Shown here in pieces: positions 58,701-64,000 of a stretch of 64,000 nucleotides of DNA. A program made the position numbers and the translations under genes. Position 1 is the first letter of the stretch. Every line of letters begins with the position of its first letter. The DNA is from Macrostomum lignano (lineage: Eukaryota): the NCBI GenBank assembly GCA_002269645.1, contig NIVC01000495.1, positions 62,001 through 126,000 on the forward strand. Reading direction: 5' to 3'. Under the pieces are notes generated by a model, which worked only from the letters and a program-made list of their open reading frames with translations, ran no database searches and was not told the origin of the DNA.

Positions 58701-61149
58701 TATGGAATGAGCCTACTCGTACTTTTATCTTAGGGGTCGGATGTGATCACAATCGTGAATTCAGGACCATTTTTTCACGATAGTGATTTTGTTGAAACCT
58801 GTTCCAACGGTTGTAAATTTCTGCTTACGTTTTTATTAGAAATATAACTTTTCTACTTGATTTAGCAAAAAACATGAACACGAATATGTAAAGAATTAAT
58901 AAATTTTAAATTTGTTGACTTGACAGCATTACGGCCGCAGAGTAGCTATTATCAATATACGAGTATGATTTCTTTTCTTGTTTGTTATTTTCAACACTTG
59001 TAACTTACGAGCTCAATATACATGTATGCTAATATAAATTCACAATCACGATCATGCCTGCTTTGAAAAATTCACGCATGACCAAAATCTTCTGCTTGTC
59101 CAACCTCACTGATATCTATCGCAAAAACAAATTTAAAGAGACAGACTTAGATAGGAAATTCAGTTCTACTTCTACCATGTTACATGAACATCTAATTCTA
59201 GTACTACTGACTATAGCTAATGAGTGACATATATATATACAGTCAGTGCAATTATGATAATTTTACTGTACGTACTGTACATACAGTCCATGTGACCCGT
59301 GCAGTTGCAATTTTGCATTTTGAAAAAACCTGTTATTACACTTAAACAATAATTATCAAAATATTTCTGTAACTTTAGGTTTATTGTCTTACGGGTCCCT
59401 AGCTTTAGTAAATTTACTTATTTGACTTTTTTTTAAACATATATTGCTGCAAAAATAGACAATCGTAGAAAAAAAGAATAACGTGATAGATTTTGCTCTT
59501 TGCCTTTTAAATTTCTTTCTTTTTAGTTTTTAGTTTCTTTATTTAATGGGTTACTTGCATGCTTTGGTTTCTTGATTTGTAATATTTATTTTAGATTTTG
59601 ATTTTAGAAGCACATTCGGAAATATTCAGAAAAAAAATTTCCGAATCCAAAACATTCGGATTCCTATAAAAGTAAGACTTTTTTTCGGATTTGGATTCCG
59701 AATCCGAATATTCGGATCCATCACTAATTTAAATGCACATATCTCTTAAAATACAAATCTAAATCAATTGCAGTTTAAATCATTTTTAAAGAGACTTGCC
59801 ACTTAACATTTTCAAACAATACCAAACTTATATCAATGCAATATATCAAATGTCTGCTACAAGTAAAAGTAACACTCTTTCTGGACATCCCTTATAGTAC
59901 TTACTCTTAAATTCCCTATTGGAATAAATGGACAAAATACATCCAACTGTTTACATACATGCGCAACTTTGGGTATCACCCAGCCATTTCTATTGGCAAC
60001 ACACACATGTAAGTCTCTATTGGCTAAGAGCAATCGCGTGACTACTATTCCATCCAATAGCAACTTACATGTGTGTGTTGCCAATAAAAACGGCCGAGTG
60101 AATCCCAAGGATTGCGCCCAAGCATGACTCTTTGTCATAATTTTGGAATTTTCTAATAGCATATTGCAGCTAGTAAGCTAGAGTCAAAGCAAATATTGTA
60201 AATAGAGTTTTTAGGTAAATAGCAAAAGTAACTATGATTGTCTAATTAAGGCTAATTTTTTTGTCATTTAATTAGTGCTTGTACATATATTCAATACTAA
60301 AGTTAATATGTTCTGTGCTGTATTTTGTCTTTGAGCTACAATTTTAGGCCCTTTGTTATGTGTTAATAGGTATTCTATACTTATTTTAATAGGTTAAATT
60401 GCTTAGAAAGTGTAAATTTTAAAGAAAAAAAATAAATATATTAAAATAAAAATACTTATTTATTTAATAGGCACAGCCTACCATATTGAATCTGTTATAA
60501 ATGCTTTTAATATTCTTTACCTTTTAAAAAATTATGAAGCCTAAAGCTATTTAACAATAATAACCTATAAAACCTAGATACGTAAAGATCTTTCAAAATT
60601 AAAATAAATCAAAAGAAAAAGACCCCTAAAAATTAATATTTTAATTATTGTAAAATATAATTAAAAGTGAACTTTATTGAATTTTTTAAGCACTTTTATA
60701 AATATAAAGTTTCTTATCTTATCTTGTGTGCCTTATCTAATTTTTTAAATAGGCCTAGAAAAGTCAATTTAGAAATTTAATTTACCATTTATACTATATT
60801 ATATATAGTATTTATACTTAAATTAAACTAAGCCCAGCATCTATTGACATTCTACTATAGTAAACATGTTACCTAATACATGCTATGCTAAAAGGGTACA
60901 ATCTTGAAATACTTGTAACCTGGCCTAGTATTAAAAAATAGCTGAAATTGTATTTTAGTAGACAGTTTGTTTCAAATTTAAAGGATGATAGTTATACTTA
61001 CCCTTTTTCAGCTCTTTGTACCACAATTTCCCTACGTGCTTACATTTGTTTTTATTCTGAATTAACCAGCTTGACAAATTCTGAATGCTTGCTTGGGTAC
61101 CATTTAGAGATCCAAGCTTCTCTAAAAATGTCTGATCAAACTGATCCAT
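52745..61149 (-). CDS. RPRD1: Regulation of nuclear pre-mRNA domain protein (RPRD1A/B-like, CID domain + coiled coil)
   Basis: Exon 1 is 61149-61002 (MDQFDQTFLEKLGSLNGTQASIQNLSSWLI...WYKELKK, donor GTAAGT). Exon 2 is 53829-52745 (acceptor TTGACAG; ...RKLTLLYLMNDVVQNS...RLVRIWHERHVF...LPSVGDLFS). The phase-1 join gives a continuous CID domain across a 7.2-kb intron. Confidence 0.9.
53971..54276. mobile_element. 306-bp hairpin MITE, about 100-bp near-perfect TIRs, TA flanks (Tc1/mariner-type)
   Basis: TTGGTTTTGTCAGCCTAACTGAGAATAAAGCC...GTCTATG is mirrored at about 54179-54276 with one indel; TA at 53969-70 and 54277-78. Confidence 0.85.
54307..56460. mobile_element. Non-autonomous TIR element X with internal AAAGGTG/CACCTTT foldback arrays; right TIR interrupted by element Y1
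   Basis: Left TIR CAATGGGCCATATGCAGAAAGCT; right TIR AGCTTTCTGCATAT-[Y1]-GGCCCAATG. Internal inverted segments at about 55088-55178 and 55431-55527. No TSD resolved. Confidence 0.7.
55660..56447. mobile_element. Element Y, copy 1 (788 bp): 17-bp TIR GGCTCATTCCATATAAG, 4-bp TSD ATAT
   Basis: TIRs at both ends (one mismatch); ATAT at 55656-59 and 56448-51; direct-repeat copy at 57928. Confidence 0.9.
57811..57900 (+). pseudogene. Decayed 28S rRNA fragment (region around the R2 target site)
   Basis: GGTAAACGGTGGGAGTAACTATGACTCTTTTAATTTACGAAAATGTCTTGTCATCTAATTAGTG...AGATTCC versus the conserved LSU sequence GGTAAACGGCGGGAGTAACTATGACTCTCTTAAGGTAGCCAAATGCCTCGTCATCTAATTAGTG...GAGATTCC (recalled). 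Confidence 0.85.
57928..58713. mobile_element. Element Y, copy 2 (786 bp): perfect 17-bp TIR, 4-bp TSD TACT
   Basis: GGCTCATTCCATATAAG / CTTATATGGAATGAGCC; TACT at 57924-27 and 58714-17. Confidence 0.9.
59958..60126. mobile_element. Palindromic MITE (ATTGGCAACACACACATG family), copy 1
   Basis: Hairpin 59969-60108; related copy at 62071-62263 shares the tail GCGCCCAAGCATG. Confidence 0.75.
60215..60277 (+). pseudogene. Second, more decayed 28S rRNA fragment of the same region
   Basis: GTAAATAGCAAAAGTAACTATGATTGTCTAATTAAGGCTAATTTTTTTGTCATTTAATTAGTG retains the AGTAACTATGA and GTCATyTAATTAGTG anchors at the expected spacing. Confidence 0.6.
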
Positions 61150-61599
61150 AGTACTAACAAGTGATAATTGACAAAAACAGAGTCTTTAGCAATAAAATGT
61201 TGTTCTTGCTCCGCTATACTTTTAATGCAAGTATGCAACAGTCTGATCGTCAGGCTTATATGGCTTGGCTTGGCAAGCGAAGCGAAGCGGCGCAAGATAT
61301 ATCTTGAAAATTATTTTTAAATCTTTATTCAAACTGGTGCGAAAATAAAATTACGATTGACAAAATCGCGATTTGGCTTCCCATTGGCAACTACAATATT
61401 AAGCTTGGCTTAAAGCTGTAAAAAGAGCTGTACTTGTGCACATGCGATCGCGAAAAGGCTAGAAAGTTTGTTCATTACTGACTGTGAACTGAGCTCGAGC
61501 GAGAGCCGTGACTGCATTTCAGCGTTCATCTATTATAAAAAATCACTGTTCCATAGTTTGTTCTCCCAAGCCTTAGTTAAGCACTGTTAGCTGGAGAGG

Positions 61600-62721
61600 A
61601 CATATTCTAGTCAGTGTGCTTCATCAGGTTAACTGATGCATCGATGCTATGCTGCCGGTCTGCAAGCAGTGGATGCCCTAGTAGACATTCATGCCTATTG
61701 TCCAGCGGAAGAGAAGAACAACTCATCCTCCCCCATCGCCTTATCGGTGAGGGTTGAGTTGCCCACGTCCATTGGTTCGGATTCACCCGCTTTTCCTGCC
61801 TCCAAAGAGTCTGAAAACCTTGTGGCAGGTGGTGTGTACACCTGGCCGCTTTGCGCCCCCTTCCCTCGGCGACTGGACTGCTGCTGCTGTTTTCTGTGCT
61901 ATAGTTGAGCTTGAGGAGACGCTTACAGAGATGTGTGCTCTTCTTTGAGTTGCAGCACTGGAGAATTCACCCGTTCGTCTTCGTTGACTTGGAGATTTCC
62001 ACGACGGATGCCTCATAGGGTCAGGTTGAACAGCCGCGGCCATTGTCGATAGTGCGCCACACTACGTCGAGAGCAGTTTGGGCTTGAGGTCCTTGGGAAT
62101 CACCCGGCCGTTTCTATTGGCAACACACACATGTAAGCCGCTATATTGGCTGAGAACAGTCACGTGGCTTCTATTCTGTCCAATAGCGACATACATATAC
62201 ACTGTATGTGTGTTGCCAATAGAAACGGTTGGGTGAATCCCTAGGCTGCGCCCAAGCATGCTCGCCGAGAATCATCACAGCGGGTTGGAGCGACATACAC
62301 TTCACCTTAGAGGCGTATGTCTCGTAGGTCGTCTCAAGGACCACTGTAGTCCTTGGGTTGTCTTTGAAATTCTTTGTCTTTTGGTCGTGGGTTGTTCGCA
62401 TGGTAGCCCCCTGGAGAGTTCGAGGACACCGTGCCTCCTGACGGCCCAGCCGCGTCTCCAGCCTCAGCCTCCAGCCTCGGAGGTTTGCGAAGGCCTCAAC
62501 CGTGGCCTGCTGGCCTTCCGCAGATGCAACAACGCAAACTTCTCCTGCCGCTTAAGGTTGCGGCGGATGTTGCGCTATCGTCGAACTTTAGCCGTGCGCC
62601 GATGTTTGGACTTGCGCTCAAGGTTGTCGGCGGTAGGCCCTCCAGTTGAGCCCAGGTTGGGCTGGGTTCGAGCTGCTGGTGCAGGTAGCATCTGAAGCGG
62701 CTGAGTACCGATGGAGACCAT
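61600..62721 (-). mobile_element. Degenerate non-LTR retrotransposon (R1/LOA-like ORF1 plus start of APE), interrupted by a MITE
   Basis: Broken frames give YASKVKCMSLQPAVMILGE, LDVVWRTID, ISKSTKTNG*ILQCC and LLKLN. Further on is QHSIDASVNL, resembling the QHSxAASxxL start of R1/LOA endonucleases. Multiple stops. Confidence 0.6.
62071..62263. mobile_element. Palindromic MITE, copy 2 (193 bp), inserted in the LINE relic
   Basis: TIR GAGCAGTTTGGGC / GCCCAAGCATGCTC; near-duplicated flanks GTCGA/GCCGA; the LINE ORF1 sequence resumes on both sides. Confidence 0.8.
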
Positions 62722-64000
62722 ATCAGTTTTATTTGAATTGACAGAAAGCCAATAGCTGAAAGCGGGAGTGGAGCTACTCGTTATGCGAGTTGAGTACCCA
62801 ACTGACCAACTCCCAAGCCAATAGCCAGTTAACAAAATGACAGCTATAGCGACAGGACTACTCTCCGGCCTTCCAGCCCCATCGGCACTGTCAAACACTT
62901 AGGCTTTAGAGGGTGAGCTAGTCAGTATATCCAACTTTGGCTGTAGCCACTGGATGGGTCGCTGGCTTCAAGGCTAGTAATTTGAGAGGCCTAGGTCGAC
63001 ATGCGAGACAGCGTAGGGGGATCTGAGGCTTGTAGACCTGCAGTCTTTACCCGCAGAATAGAGGGACAGGCGTGAAGCATCGCAGATCATGGCTCGAAAG
63101 ACGATAGATACATGCAGTCTGTCTCATACTTCACTGACATGCTGAATACGCCTTCGCGAGCTAGACGGAGAGAACTCGAAAGCATGATGTAGAGCAGAAC
63201 GCTCTGGTTGGTTGGGAAAAGCTGGATGTTCATTAATTGTTGAGACAGGAGTCAGCTATAAGGTAACCTCTAAGGCCAGAACAGTTTCTCGATACGATCG
63301 TCACCGGTGTGCTGAGGCTACGAGCGCTCGTACTGTCTTCCTGTTGATACAAAAAAAACTACGAACGTATATACTGAGAAATCCATGCGATTAGCTAGGG
63401 TAGTAGCCTTCTACAGGTACTTTAGCCGCAGCAGCATTAGTTGATTAGTACATGCAGTTCGAGTGTACATCTATTTCCATTCAGTTATAATTTTATAATC
63501 AAAATAAATGCCGATTGCAGAGAGCATGCTATTTAAGTTCCGTCATCGAGAACTTAATCTGCATTCGTGATCACTTGCAGTCGCAAAAGAGGGACTGCGC
63601 GGCCACCTACAGTTTGTGCAGAGTTGATTATGCAATGGGAGCAAGATTTTTCGAAAAATTGATGATTGCTAGCCACAAATTTTACTGGCCGAGTACTTTT
63701 ATGGGATAAAAGCTGAGTGAATTATCGACCGTCACTCCCACAGAAAGCGGCTTATCTCTGAGATCAGGGCTTCAAGTTCTCGGAGCTTCAAAATGTATCT
63801 GCCGCGCTCAAAGAAAATGGTAATACGAGTACAATACTTCGAGCACTCTAGCCGTACTCAAGTTCAGCTTTGCATGCAGGCTTGATGACGATGTGCTGAC
63901 ATGAAATTTATGGCTGGTGCTTGTGACTGAATAGTTTCAGTATAGATTCTCCAATGTTGGGAAATTCGCTTTCTTGCCTATAAACTTTAAGCAATAGAAG

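Larger units (their letters stand above)
57701..59726. mobile_element. Non-autonomous hAT element W: TAGTGAT...ATCACTA termini, 8-bp TSD ATTTAAAT, subterminal CCGAAT/ATTCGG arrays
   Basis: ATTTAAAT at 57693-57700 and 59727-59734; an 8-bp TSD with TAG termini is typical of hAT. Confidence 0.85.
56686..59894. mobile_element. Old Tc1/mariner-like element Z with about 200-bp degenerate TIRs; right TIR split by the hAT insertion
   Basis: The left arm (TA)CAAAGGGTGTCCAGAAAATAG...GAGATCAGTCATAGACTTACAGAA (56684-56879) matches the reverse complement of 59727-59896 plus 57660-57700. Confidence 0.7.

Noticed and set aside
58742-59060. Additional degenerate TIR pair inside hAT element W
   Set aside because: Only about 14 of 21 positions match and there is no TSD; insufficient evidence.

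Overview
Eukaryotic (metazoan) genomic DNA. It has GC-rich exons, AT-rich spacers and a different minisatellite in almost every large intron; this style suggests a Macrostomum-like flatworm (inference). Hand splicing gave phase-consistent GT-AG models for six recognisable genes: an OSBP/ORP lipid-transfer gene (5' part, runs off the left edge), TCF19 (FHA+PHD), a PDF-receptor-like class B GPCR (10 exons, with a 7-kb intronic satellite), an HR96/NR1J nuclear receptor, DCAF11/WDR23 and RPRD1 (CID domain). A seventh 3-exon gene is of uncertain identity (possibly an RWD kinetochore protein). The most striking object is a 5.74-kb element at 9496-15234. It has two 1476-bp inverted arms and an exact 9-bp target-site duplication (CTCCCGCAT), as in Mutator/foldback elements. 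It has no transposase and instead carries a collage of retrotransposon fragments: Gypsy RT joined in frame to a LINE ORF1, plus an antisense Gypsy gag. The 7.2-kb RPRD1 intron holds a three-layer nest of non-autonomous DNA transposons and two decayed 28S rRNA fragments covering the R2 target region. All alignments and family calls were made by eye from recalled motifs; no database search was run.
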